Assembly: GCA_963833425.1 (NCBI GenBank)
Contig: CAWHXP010000015.1
Location: forward strand, 96,001 to 160,000
Source of the DNA: an uncultured Methanosarcinaceae archaeon
Lineage (GTDB): Archaea; Halobacteriota; Methanosarcinia; Methanosarcinales; Methanosarcinaceae
DNA length: 64,000 bases
Direction of reading: 5' to 3'
The first letter of the stretch is position 1. Each line of letters starts with the position of its first letter. The notes under the pieces were generated by a model that was not told the DNA's origin, did no database searches, and saw only the letters and a program-made list of their open reading frames with translations. Below, piece after piece: positions 1 through 10,924 of this stretch. Both the position numbers and the translations under genes were made by a program.

Positions 1-35
1 ATGCAGACAAAAATCTCTAGAAATACCAAACCTAT

Positions 36-125
36 AAAGGTTCAATAAACTCCTTATTTTCACGAGTCATATACTACATCAATTATAAGCATATGATGAA
101 ATTTAGGGGTTTATCGAAATCCCTC
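36..125. mobile_element. ~90-bp MITE (IS5-end family)
   Basis: Right end aatttaggggtttatcgaaatccct resembles the right terminus of the IS5 element at 56625-57771; the core tataagcatatgatgaaattt recurs in other copies. Confidence 0.65.
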
Positions 126-344
126 TTTTTGAAACAATATTTTTAGGACAGCAAGTTTTTAGACACAGTTTTTGTTGAAAAAGGGTTCAAAAAAATGAAA
201 AATTATATTCAGCAGCTTACAATAGAAATGTTTATTCAGATATAAAAAGTATCATTCATCAAGTTAAAGACTAAATTAATTCAGAGGTAGGTTTTTATTA
301 CCCAACTATACAGGTATGTATTAAGTGCGTTCTTTTTACTGTCG

Positions 345-974
345 TTGTTGGTACTTATTTTATCCATAACCTCGAAAGCTTCTGAATTTAGTTATCCAAG
401 AGTTTTAGATCACCCATGGGATCATTTCCCTATCACTGTATATATAGATAACAAGACTGTTCCTTTCCATTATAGTCACACCTATTACACAGATATTAAA
501 AAAGCTCTGAATTACTGGGCAGGAGGTGGGAATGGGAAACTGAAATACATTCCTCTTTTTGAGATTGTGGATTCAGAAAGTGCTGATATAAGGATGAGAT
601 GGGATGCAAACCTGCAGAAAGATCAAGGTGCTCCTCACGAAGCTGCAGGTGAAACAATCCGGCATACTGCAAATGGTCGATTTGTATACGTAGATATTAT
701 ACTTGGAGTTGGGAATTATCAATGGATGGAATGGGTACCTTACAGTGATACTGCAATGATTGCAATTGCTGAGCATGAATTGGGCCACGCTTTAGGGTTG
801 GATCACAGCAATGATCCGCATGATATTATGTATCCATCCAATGAGCAGATAGATAACCCAAATTCTTTCATTCAGAGTAAATACTATTCTATTTTGCTTA
901 TCGCGTTTTACACGGCTATTGCAGTTATCTTCTTCATCTCTGTAAGCTCGCTGCTTAACAGGAAAAAAAAATAA
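345..974 (+). CDS. Matrixin-family (M10) zinc metalloprotease with C-terminal membrane anchor
   Basis: HELGHALGLDHS metzincin motif, Met-turn DIMYP and a C-terminal hydrophobic helix followed by RKKK. The frame is open back to an ATT at 297 just after GAGGT, so the start codon may be mutated. Confidence 0.85.
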   Translation: MLVLILSITSKASEFSYPRVLDHPWDHFPITVYIDNKTVPFHYSHTYYTDIKKALNYWAGGGNGKLKYIPLFEIVDSESADIRMRWDANLQKDQGAPHEAAGETIRHTANGRFVYVDIILGVGNYQWMEWVPYSDTAMIAIAEHELGHALGLDHSNDPHDIMYPSNEQIDNPNSFIQSKYYSILLIAFYTAIAVIFFISVSSLLNRKKK

Positions 975-1292
975 ACACTTGAGGATTAATACTTTAAGTA
1001 AGGATTTCTCGACAGCTAATCAATTTTCTATATAATTATAAAATTTGAGTTGCCTATATAAATCTTCTATAGATTAGTCTTATTAGGTTCAATTTATCCG
1101 ACATTCCATATATGTACAAAGATATAGAATTTGTTACCTATTTGTCTACTATTATTGATTGAAGATTATATTAATTTTTAAGCTACTGCCATATTGAGAA
1201 AATATCTGCCATTTTTGCGTGCATTCACGTAAAATAGGACTTATGGTAAACTCACTAATTAGTTACAATTCTAAAAAACGGGTTTAACTTTG

Positions 1293-1380
1293 GAAGCTTT
1301 CGATGAATCTAAATTTGCAAATATGCTTATAAGCGGTGTATAAATGATTCATGAAAATCAGTATTTATCAAAATGCTTTC
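1293..1380. mobile_element. Degenerate ~90-bp MITE (IS5-end family)
   Basis: gctttcgatgaatctaaattt...tatgcttataag...tatttatcaaaatgc is a decayed, inverted version of the copies at 36 and 21429. Confidence 0.45.
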
Positions 1381-1550
1381 TAATGTAGGCCTCTAGAAAG
1401 GGATTGAAAGATAAAGTAGGCATAAAACCATTGAAATGATGGCGAAAATTAAGCCAAAGCGTGAATGAGAGGTTTACGTTTCTTAGTCAAAACCAAAAAT
1501 GCAATATAGGGTCTATATTATTAGCAAACAAACGAGTATCGAGTACATGT

Positions 1551-1760
1551 TTAAAGTAGGATGCCTCTCTCAGATGCAAGCATTTCCAACACTTGCATCC
1601 GTATTTTTATTAACTCATCCTTTGATGTGCCGGATGGATATTTTTTTACATTGTTAAATTCGCTCATGAGTTCTTTGTTGTTTAATTTCTTCATACGATT
1701 ATAATACGAAGTGCGATATGTATTGCTATCTATATCTGATTCTTTTGTTATGAACATCAC
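1551..1760 (-). CDS. Small hypothetical protein
   Basis: 69-aa ORF preceded by an AAGGTG RBS-like motif; no recognisable domain. Confidence 0.45.
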   Translation of the reverse strand: MMFITKESDIDSNTYRTSYYNRMKKLNNKELMSEFNNVKKYPSGTSKDELIKIRMQVLEMLASERGILL

Positions 1761-2126
1761 CTTGTCTTATGTTAGGTTCAATTACTAATAGCATTATTTT
1801 TGACAAAATATATTTATTTGTGATTATGCTATCAGATTACATTTTTCACATGATACTGAAATAAATATAGAACGGTATAATAAGCTTTATAAAAAGGAAA
1901 TTGAGATTATTTATTTTTTTAAATGCGAGATAATTCCTTTTTACATATATTTTTATTGGGGGGACAACGACATAACATCTGATTTAGAAACTGGGCTCAT
2001 TAGCTATTAAAAATCTAATTAAGTTTTGAGGACATTAATATTTTTTTCATATCAATGCTTTTAACCAATTTTTCAAAATAAAGGTTTCAGCTATTTAATA
2101 TTCAATTTTATCATCTAAACAATTTC

Positions 2127-2322
2127 TTAATCCTCTATGAGTTCTGTTGCGTTTGTAGGACAGACCTGTACTCACTGCTCGCACTCTGTACAGTCTTCAG
2201 GGCGTGCTACAATGCCTTTGTCCTTCTATTGTTTCTTCCGTATCAAACACGTTTGCTGGGTAGATACCGTAGCATTCTAGTAAACCTACACATTTATTAT
2301 AATCAATTATGAGATGTACTAT
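2127..2322 (-). pseudogene. 2[4Fe-4S] ferredoxin pseudogene
   Basis: Minus strand reads IVHLIIDYNKCVGLLECYGIYPANVFD, frameshifts, then KGIVARPEDCTECEQ*VQVCPTNATELIED*. Start is ATA, Cys residues are lost and there is an internal stop. Confidence 0.8.
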
Positions 2323-2705
2323 TTTTAACCACTTTTTAGAAGTTGAATTTTGAACAGTTGGTGTTTGAGCTATTGATTTTTCAATTCAACTTCATCATCA
2401 TCAATTAATGGATAAATCTATTTTCTTATGCGTGCTTTTATAATATTCCTTTAGCAAAGAATTGTAATCATAGGATCTCAAATTGGCTATCGGGATCCTT
2501 AATCTAATTGATGCTCGTTTCTTTAAATATTCATTTCCGAGCGATAGCATCGGTACATATCGAATATTTCGGCAGTTTATTTGCCCAGTTGGTCAGAGAT
2601 CTCCGCAAATTCGTGCAGATGAGCAACAGTCAGCTCATTGTTCTGAGCGTTGTCTTTTCTCTGCTGCTGGCCAAGTTTATACTCCTGTAAAGCTAAAAGG
2701 AAAAT

Positions 2706-3245
2706 TTATTTTTTCTCGATGACCCCACAGATAATTCGTACGCCACTGTTTCCAGACGGATTTGTCATCTGATCATCAGGATTAGCATGGATAACCAGTG
2801 AAGTGCCGTTGGCTGTGAATAGCGTGGTTGGCCCAGGTGACAATGTCACAAGGTTATTGGTTGTATTCATATGTCCCATACCATCCTCGCCCACTTCGAT
2901 GTTGGGGAGGTCACCTGCATGGTGGCCTTTCGTGTTGTTGAAGCCATGCTCTTTGTCTAGAGGGTTGTAGTGTTCGCCGGCAGAAATGAAAGACGGCACA
3001 GTGCAGTTTCCTTTATTATGAATGTGGATTCCGTGCATGCCCGGCGTCAGGCCACTCGCATTGACGTTGATGCGAACCAAGCCATTGGGGTCTTCGGTAA
3101 GGGTGGCCAGTCCCACTGTATTGCCTTTCGCGTCCTTCATGATAGCTATGGCATCATGTGTTGCATCTTCATAGGCATAGATCGTAGTTGCAGCCATCAG
3201 CATCGCCGAGATAATTATTGGTAATAACAATCCAGCTTTCATCAA
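2706..3245 (-). CDS. sodC: Cu/Zn superoxide dismutase with N-terminal signal peptide
   Basis: HGIHIH, AGEHYNP, HAGDLPN, VIHANPDD and GNSGxRIxCGVI motifs all intact. Confidence 0.93.
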   Translation of the reverse strand: MMKAGLLLPIIISAMLMAATTIYAYEDATHDAIAIMKDAKGNTVGLATLTEDPNGLVRINVNASGLTPGMHGIHIHNKGNCTVPSFISAGEHYNPLDKEHGFNNTKGHHAGDLPNIEVGEDGMGHMNTTNNLVTLSPGPTTLFTANGTSLVIHANPDDQMTNPSGNSGVRIICGVIEKK

Positions 3246-3464
3246 CTTATTCTCCAGAAATATTTCTATAAATTAATAATCAGAATTATCTAGTGCGTCA
3301 GAATGGATTTAGCCAGCTGATTTTTTTGTAAAATAAATAGTTACGAACAGATTTATATTTATGTTGTAACCTGAAAAAACTGGGCCATTATCCAAAATTG
3401 TTTTATTTTTCAGTCGCTCTAGCACGCTCTTCCGTGGTCATGTTAGCAAGGCGTTCCACTTCCT

Positions 3465-4320
3465 GGTTCCGTTGCAAAAATTTCGAAATAAGCATGTAAA
3501 TCTATTAGTAATGAATAAAAATCAAAATATTCAAGGAAAATGTACTAACATTATAAAACTATACCAAATAATTGATTAACGTATTTGACTTCATTAAGAA
3601 CAGAGTAATTTAGATCGATTACTTGTCCTTTTTTGATCATATTTATAGCTTCAATTCCTTTTAAAGTCTTATTAGCAGATCGAAAAGACTGAAATCCTAA
3701 CATTTGATTAACGATTCTCTTTATAGATCTGTGATCTTGTTCTATAATGTTATTCAAATACTTTATTTGTCGAATGCCTACGTTTTTAGGTAATATTTTC
3801 TCGTTTTTCAGTTTATCTATAGCAGGTGGATAAGCTGGATTCTTATCAACGGTTATTAATCTTGGAATTTGATTATGATTAGAACTTAAAGCTTTCTTAA
3901 AGAATCTCTTCGCTGCTTTTCTATTTCGTTTTGAACTTAATCTGAAATCAATTGTATCTCCATTTGAGTCAACTGCTCGATAAAAATAGTCCCATTTACC
4001 TTTTACTTTGATATAGGTTTCATCAACTCTCCACGAATAGTTTGTTAGCCTTAAATGTCTTCTTATCTTCTTTTCTATTTCAGGTGAATATTGATGTACC
4101 CATCTCATGACTATCGTATGGTAGACTTTTACTCCCCTTTCTGCCATCATTTCCTTTAAATTTCTATAACTTAATGGATATTTTAAGTACCATCTTACAT
4201 TTAATAGAATAATTTCCCCTTCATAATGCTTCCATTTAAAGGAATTAGATAGCATATTACTATCTTTGGTTTTTCTTTTCATTCTATTTATCATTAGAAA
4301 GGATTTTTTGCAACGGAACC
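3465..4320 (-). mobile_element. IS6-family insertion sequence, complete
   Basis: Terminal inverted repeats GGTTCCGTTGCAAAAA at 3465 and its complement ending at 4320 enclose the transposase. Confidence 0.95.
3551..4294 (-). CDS. IS6-family DDE transposase
   Basis: WRVDETYIKVKGKW, RAVDS, TVDKNPAY and NNIIEQDHR motifs. Confidence 0.95.
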   Translation of the reverse strand: MINRMKRKTKDSNMLSNSFKWKHYEGEIILLNVRWYLKYPLSYRNLKEMMAERGVKVYHTIVMRWVHQYSPEIEKKIRRHLRLTNYSWRVDETYIKVKGKWDYFYRAVDSNGDTIDFRLSSKRNRKAAKRFFKKALSSNHNQIPRLITVDKNPAYPPAIDKLKNEKILPKNVGIRQIKYLNNIIEQDHRSIKRIVNQMLGFQSFRSANKTLKGIEAINMIKKGQVIDLNYSVLNEVKYVNQLFGIVL

Positions 4321-4505
4321 CAAGTTTCTTCTACGAGCTGAGATCTAAAAGAAGAATAAGGTATTTGCCATACCAATATTTTTAATGTAAATTTTACAAA
4401 TTTGTTTACTCTAAGGTGATCAATTTTTTACCATTATTTTCTTTTCTTTTGTGACAGAATATTGCTTTTGGCAGCTAAAGTTGAATATAAAGCCCTTCAA
4501 AAACG

Positions 4506-4856
4506 TTACTGGTTTTCAATATTTGACGCCCAAATTGGTGTTGTTCCGTATATTACAAGAGTCCCGTCGTCCTGCAAGACTATAAATGCCCCATCTTGAT
4601 AATGCGTATTTGTATCCCATATTGGATCCGGATACCCATATATAACAAAGTTTCCATCACTTTGCATAATTGCCCGCGAAACAGCCATATTATGTGTGTT
4701 AGAAACCCATATAGATTCCCGACCAAGATTCAAATCATAAAGTACTAAATTTCCATCATCCTGCAGATTTAGTGTATATAGGTTATTATGTGAAGTAAGG
4801 AAATCACCCTTCTCTAAATATTGGTTTGGAAAAAGACAGCTACCTTTATTAACCAA
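4506..4856 (-). CDS. Bulb-type (GNA-like) mannose-binding lectin, single domain
   Basis: Three QxDxNxVxY-type repeats: LQDDGNLVLY, MQSDGNFVIY, LQDDGTLVIY; GGAGGA RBS upstream of a TTG start. Confidence 0.85.
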   Translation of the reverse strand: MVNKGSCLFPNQYLEKGDFLTSHNNLYTLNLQDDGNLVLYDLNLGRESIWVSNTHNMAVSRAIMQSDGNFVIYGYPDPIWDTNTHYQDGAFIVLQDDGTLVIYGTTPIWASNIENQ

Positions 4857-5328
4857 CTAAGATTCCTCCAATATATTTCTATAGATTTATAATATAAATG
4901 ATTTTTGCGTCAAAATATCTGCCCAAGATTCAGATTTTTCCGGTTGAAAGATTTTGGTCGTACACAATTATATGATTGATGTTTTCAAATACCTAAATGT
5001 AAGCAAATCTCTTAATATCTAGTTTGACTATGTAATTTCACATCTCTCACAGATGTGTTTTTAAATCTGATTTTCCTTCGTCTTTATATTTTAATTCACC
5101 TTGCTCACTGCAAACATTAAAATGTGTGCAGTAGAGCCTCAAACGATTAATTGGCAAGTCTTTTTGGCAATGTACCAAAAATTCTGTTAATTCCAATTGC
5201 CCCAGTACCCTTTCTCTTTGTCATACAAAATAGAATTCATCGTTTTTATTGACATACAGTTCTTGTACTAAAACATGTGAATGCGAAAAAAGCGGAAATA
5301 TAAAGCAATTGATATTTCTGCACTCGCA

Positions 5329-5640
5329 TTAATGATTTATATTAGACTTTGTACCTTTCTTTACAGCGTTGTTCAAACTCTGTCCGTGAACTGTATTCTG
5401 TATATTTGAACTGGGTCCAGTACTGTTTCTGTTCACAGGCTGGCCATGAACTGTATTCTGTATACTGGAGCTGGTGTTGTTTCCAGCTGATGTTTGAGCA
5501 GGCGTTAATGTGCTGGGAGTTTGTGTTGTGGGCGCGTTCATATTTACATTACCATTACCCGATTTACTAGTGCAACCTGCCATAACCACAACGGTTGCAA
5601 GCACAAGTAGAATCATGGCAAATTTATATGTTTGATTCAT
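5329..5640 (-). CDS. Small Ser/Thr/Asn-rich lipoprotein with an internal 20-aa repeat
   Basis: Signal peptide ending in a VMAGC lipobox; SSxIQNTVHGQ occurs twice. Confidence 0.7.
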   Translation of the reverse strand: MNQTYKFAMILLVLATVVVMAGCTSKSGNGNVNMNAPTTQTPSTLTPAQTSAGNNTSSSIQNTVHGQPVNRNSTGPSSNIQNTVHGQSLNNAVKKGTKSNINH

Positions 5641-6708
5641 GGCTTAACCTCTGTTTGTTTTAGTATCATCACTATTTTATTTCCATCAATAACGATTTTA
5701 ACCTTCTAATCATCTTAAAATTGAGCAAGATATAGCTTATTTTACCTACGATATCTTCAATTTCTCTGCTTCAATGAAATTTAGGATAATTAACTACCCA
5801 AAAATCAGGGTCAATTATAATTGGATACCTAACATTTAACCATTCTGTGATGTCACCTTGCTTGGCAAATCTTTATTATTTTTAATATGCCACGCCAACA
5901 GCTCTTTATTGAATTCATTAACAGAATCATGCAACGGCACATTTATTTTTGGTACACTGCATTGGAAACTGCCTTATTAGCTTTCATGGAGCAAAAATTT
6001 AGTTCGGTGGGCAGAGAAAGCAGGCACAAAACCAAAGTAGGTATCTAATCACAAAATGGGGAAAAAAAAAATCTTATCCTAAGGATTTTGCCCGAAGGTG
6101 CTCACGTGAATGTAACTAACTATGTGGTTTTTTTATTTACATCTCTTCTTCGTATAAAAATATTGAGAATGTATATAAGTAAGTTTAGCAAACTAGGACA
6201 TTTGGCGCAAAGCGCATTCCAGATAAAAATATCAATCAGCTAATTAAACTATTGAATCAACAGGGGGAACATAATTCGATCATGCTTTTTGAGTGAAAAA
6301 TTAAATGTTCAATTTGTGAAGATTTCCAGGAATAATAAAAACATAATTAATATAGAACTGTTGTTTGATTTTAAAACGTTTTATGGGAAATAAATTTTAG
6401 TCAAAAATTATTTTTCAGAATATAATTAAATTATATAATAAGATAATCGAAGGATAGCCATTGATAGATTAAAGGTAAGTTTCTCTTCACTAGCATAAAT
6501 ATAAAATTAAATAAAAAAAGGAATATTATTATAGCACTCTACTGTTTATTCAATAACATTGATGCATAATACATCTACAATGTGTGAATATTTACCTCTT
6601 AAAAAGATGAGCATGTTCTTTCCTAAGTGAATCGAGAAGCTCTGCATTTAATTTTGCATCATAAAGTGTTTTCACTTTAGAAAGCTGGTCAAATGTTAAA
6701 AGCCGACA

Positions 6709-7363
6709 ATACAACAATCATGAGATGGGTACATCAATATTCACCTGAAATAGAAAAGAAGATAAGAAGACATTTAAGGCTAACAAACTATTCGTGGAGA
6801 GTTGATGAAACCTATATCAAAGTAAAAGGTAAATGGGACTATTTTTATCGAGCAGTTGACTCAAATGGAGATACAATTGATTTCAGATTAAGTTCAAAAC
6901 GAAATAGAAAAGCAGCGAAGAGATTCTTTAAGAAAGCTTTAAGTTCTAATCATAATCAAATTCCAAGATTAATAACCGTTGATAAGAATCCAGCTTATCC
7001 ACCTGCTATAGATAAACTGAAAAACGAGAAAATACTACCTAAAAACGTAGGCATTCGACAAATAAAGTATTTGAATAACATTATAGAACAAAATCACAGA
7101 TCTATAAAGAGAATCGTTAATCAAATGTTAGGATTTCAGTCTTTTCGATCTGCTAATAAGACTTTAAAAGGAATTGAAGCTATAAATATGATCAAAAAAG
7201 GACAAGTAATCGATCTAAATTACTCTGTTCTTAATGAAGTCAAATACATTAATCAATTATTTGGTATAGTTTTATAATGTTAGTACATTTTCCTTGAATA
7301 TTTTGATTTTTATTCATTACTAATAGATTTACATGCTTATTTCGAAATTTTTGCAACGGAACC
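6709..7363 (+). mobile_element. 5'-truncated IS6 copy (transposase fragment, ORF 6693-7277, plus right IR)
   Basis: Near-identical to 3465-4320 from atacaacaatcatgaga onward; ends in TTTTTGCAACGGAACC; lacks the left end and the N-terminal ~60 codons. Confidence 0.92.
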
Positions 7364-7587
7364 ATTTTGGTTTATTATCTTAGTGGAACTAAACTTCCCA
7401 ACATATATTCTATATTTATTCTGCTAAAATTTTTTAACGAGAATATATATATTTTAAAAATTTATTGCACTATGACTTATGATATTAATTATATAGTAAC
7501 AGCTATGTGAGCAGTAATCACTAATGCTTCATTGGTCGCCACGGCGTGAATAGTCAAGGTTCTAATCAAAAAAGAAGGGATAAACAA

Positions 7588-7833
7588 ATGAAATTAAAAA
7601 AGACAATTATAATTTTGGTAATAGTTTTTATAATAATTTCCCTGGGAGCTTTGACGGTAAGTGCAGGCTATGGAAGACATCATGGACACAGTCCTAGGGG
7701 TGGATATGGTCCTGGGCGTGGATATGGCCCCGGGGGGGGATATGGGTCGTTTAGAACTGATTTGATGGCTCGAGTATTTGCCAATACAACTACATGGGAC
7801 CAGGATACACTCAAAATAGCAAGCAATAGATAG
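7588..7833 (+). CDS. Secreted Gly-rich (GYGPG-repeat) protein, probably frameshifted or decayed
   Basis: Signal peptide MKLKKTIIILVIVFIIISLGALTVSA, then GGYGPGRGYGPGGGYG; another frame downstream continues YMGPGYTQ. Confidence 0.5.
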   Translation: MKLKKTIIILVIVFIIISLGALTVSAGYGRHHGHSPRGGYGPGRGYGPGGGYGSFRTDLMARVFANTTTWDQDTLKIASNR

Positions 7834-8312
7834 TTGAAGCGGCAAAGCTATCGCAGATAGCATAGCTATTTAATTTTTAACAGTTCACTGCTACTTTTGA
7901 TATTATTGATGAAGATCAACTGTTCAGCTGCATTGTGGATGCAAAGCGCTTCCCATTATCCTTTAGCTTTCAGAATGCCGAAATGGATAATATTTGATCT
8001 CGCGTTTTTAAACACATGACTGAGTCGTGAAGGGCAATAGAAAGTTAAGAGACTGAAATATGGATTCTTTAAAGAATAAAATAATATGATTTCGATATTA
8101 AGTTGATTTTCGCAACAATTATAAAAATAATATTTTATTGTTCTCATCTTTAAAGTGTCGCCGCTCTTTTCAGTATTTATTAAAAAGAGCTAGTAGCCTA
8201 AGTTTACGAGCAATAATGACCGGTCATTGAGTTATTTATGTTGTCAATCATTCTTTTTAGAGTCTTCTGCAGATATCACCAACTCAAATATAAAATCAAA
8301 ACCTACAATGAT

Positions 8313-9354
8313 CTATTCAAACCTATTTTTGAATTTTTTAGTTTTGTCTATGAGTGTTATTTTTTGAGACTGTGAATTTTGAAGAACCTCGATATCATGA
8401 TTTACTATTTTTTTAACTTTTAATTCTGAATTTATATTTAGATGTAAATCATTAGCTTTCTTCAAGTATTCTTGAGTCTTGTTTTCATTTTCTAATATAT
8501 AATATGTTAACGCTATGTTATAATAAAAATAGTATTTTTTTCTCATCATAAGTAATTAAATAAACTGGCTCATTTTGATTAATAGGGTACATAGTAGGCA
8601 CTTGATTAATTGTTAGATCTTTTGTGTCATTCTGTTCCATTATTTTGATTTGTTGCTCTTGAGATTTACTAGCATCTTTGAACTCGCCTAGACATCGGAG
8701 AGAATTAGAAAGACCGATGTATGCATCTAAATATGCCGAGCTTAGGGTTACTGTATCAAAATACCACAGTGTGGCATTTTTATAATCTTTTGCCTCATAA
8801 TATGCTTCTGCAAGGTAATTTCGATAGATCCTGTTCCATTTTGATATCACAACAGCTTTCATAAACCATTCCAGTGCGAGATCAGGTCTCTGTTTTTTAG
8901 TTTCTATAAGCCTCAGACCGATGTATGCAGCAGCAACTGAACCATTCGATAGATTGATAGATTTATTATAGTACTCACCAGCATTCTTAAGCTGATCAAT
9001 ATTAAAATAAAAATCCCCTAAATATAAGTATATAAGTGGATATTTTTTGTTTTCTTCTTGAAGTTTAGTTAACTTGGTTCCCACTATCGCTGGATCACAG
9101 CTTTTATTAATAGCTTCGCTAAACACTTCACATTCAACTAAGTGCCTGGTAGCATTTTGATTTAAAGGATCTACTTTCAAAACTTGATTAAATTCGTTTC
9201 TGGCTGCATCTACTGTTTCAATATATAATAATTGAATGCCTAAATTGTTATGGAAGTTAACAAAATTTTTTTTGATGTTCTTGTTCGTGCTGATCTCCAA
9301 TAACATCAAGACGATATTTAACTTCTTCAAAAGTATAGAAGGGATTGATTCCAT
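8313..9354 (-). pseudogene. TPR-repeat protein, frameshifted
   Basis: TPR-like helices (NNLGIQL, YLGDFY, YIGL, YLAEAYY). ORFs 8518-9354 and 8313-8549 join (YDEKKYYFYYN) if one A is removed from an A7 run near 8535-8541. Confidence 0.75.
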
Positions 9355-10123
9355 AATGAAAATAACCTACTAAAATACAAATAAGTGATATAACTGCAAG
9401 ACAAAATGTAAAATTGGAAGTGATAAAACTAAACATCTTGGTACAAGCTTTAAGAATATTATCTATGCTTAGTATGGTATTTCACAACCCTTTTTTTCCT
9501 TTTGCCTTTTTACAAAAAATATATATAAAATATTTTTAATGTAAAATATGATTATAACAACTTTATTGTGACTTAAGAAAATTAATATATAATTAGTATA
9601 TGAATACTATGATTTAATTTCCATTTATTTTTATCCATCGTGAGAGGAATATAACAACTTTTTTAACAACTTTTTCGGAGTCGTTGCTATCAGACCAGCT
9701 CATATTGTGTCAGGTCATAAGAAAGATATTCCTACATATACTGGAATAATTGAGTTAAGTGAAACCTAGGTACTGAATAGTAGTCTGAAAAGTAAGATTT
9801 TAACTTTTTTAATTTTAGAATATAATGTGACAAAAGTTCTGTAAAATTTGATTGTAGCTGTACCCTTTTTTCTTTCATCACAAAAAAGAAGGATACTGAG
9901 CTAAAGGTTATACTAACAAAGTTATGTTTCTATTTTCTCATTGATGCACAGTTTTTGTAATAAAACATATGTATATTCTCAACTTGGATGCATCCTCGCT
10001 CTTTTTGCACTATTCTTACATCACAAACCTAAAGAATATGAAGAACCCTATTCATTTATTTTTAACAAGCTTATTACTTTTAATACTTCTTTTGCACTTA
10101 TTGGGGCGTAAATCGATAAAAAC

Positions 10124-10924
10124 TTGTATATTCCCATATGTTATGAAATGATCAAGTTACCAAAATCCAGGAAAGCTGAGTCCAACAAGATGATCTACGA
10201 AGAAAAATTAGAAGAAAAGAAAGAGAATCAAGAATATCTGCTTGAAAAAAAAGAGAGACTTATTCAAACATATATTGTAATGTATGGACTATTGCTAGCG
10301 TGCACTCAAAATTTGGATAAAGTGACACAAGTCATATCACTATGTATATTAATCCGTTTCTTAATTTGTGCGATTACATATTACACAGCAATAACTATAA
10401 AAGACGATAAAATAAAAATTTCATTCATAAGATTAGTGCCCCGAATTGAAGCTATAAAAAGCAGCGCTGAAGCAACATCAAAAAATTTTGGTCTTGCAAT
10501 AACAATTTACCTATCCAAAGCTATTTTCTCGTTATTTGACGTTCATAATGTTCCCAGACTCTCATCATGGGTTGTAGTTATTTTATATCTTACCTTTTTT
10601 ATACCAACTAAGTTAATGCATATTATCAGAGAAGCATTCACAATGATTGAAGTACTCAGAAAAAAATTCACAAAAACTGAAGTACTCAAAAAAGTATTCA
10701 CAATAATTGAAGTACCCAGAAAAACATTTATAAAAATTAAAGTACTAAGAAAAGAACATGTAGCTTTATTCTCACTAATTTTCTTTTGTACATATTGTGC
10801 ATTAGCAATATTAATTCAAACATTCTTACAAATACCATTGTTTTTCTTTTTTATTAATATAGCATTGGCTTTATCTGGAATATTTTTAGCAGACACAATG
10901 GCAAAATCACTAAAAATAAACTAA
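10124..10924 (+). CDS. Hypothetical multi-pass membrane protein with an internal 10-aa tandem repeat
   Basis: Several hydrophobic segments; the true start may be ATG 10148 or 10190. Confidence 0.6.
   Translation: MYIPICYEMIKLPKSRKAESNKMIYEEKLEEKKENQEYLLEKKERLIQTYIVMYGLLLACTQNLDKVTQVISLCILIRFLICAITYYTAITIKDDKIKISFIRLVPRIEAIKSSAEATSKNFGLAITIYLSKAIFSLFDVHNVPRLSSWVVVILYLTFFIPTKLMHIIREAFTMIEVLRKKFTKTEVLKKVFTIIEVPRKTFIKIKVLRKEHVALFSLIFFCTYCALAILIQTFLQIPLFFFFINIALALSGIFLADTMAKSLKIN
10637..10756 (+). repeat. Coding tandem repeat, 4 x 30 bp
   Basis: ttcacaatgattgaagtactcagaaaaaaa-like units encode FTMIEVLRKK / FTKTEVLKKV / FTIIEVPRKT / FIKIKVLRKE. Confidence 0.85.

Noticed and set aside
2483..2722. 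Two overlapping short plus-strand ORFs
   Set aside because: No recognisable motif or clear start; possibly a decayed small membrane-protein gene, but I cannot support that
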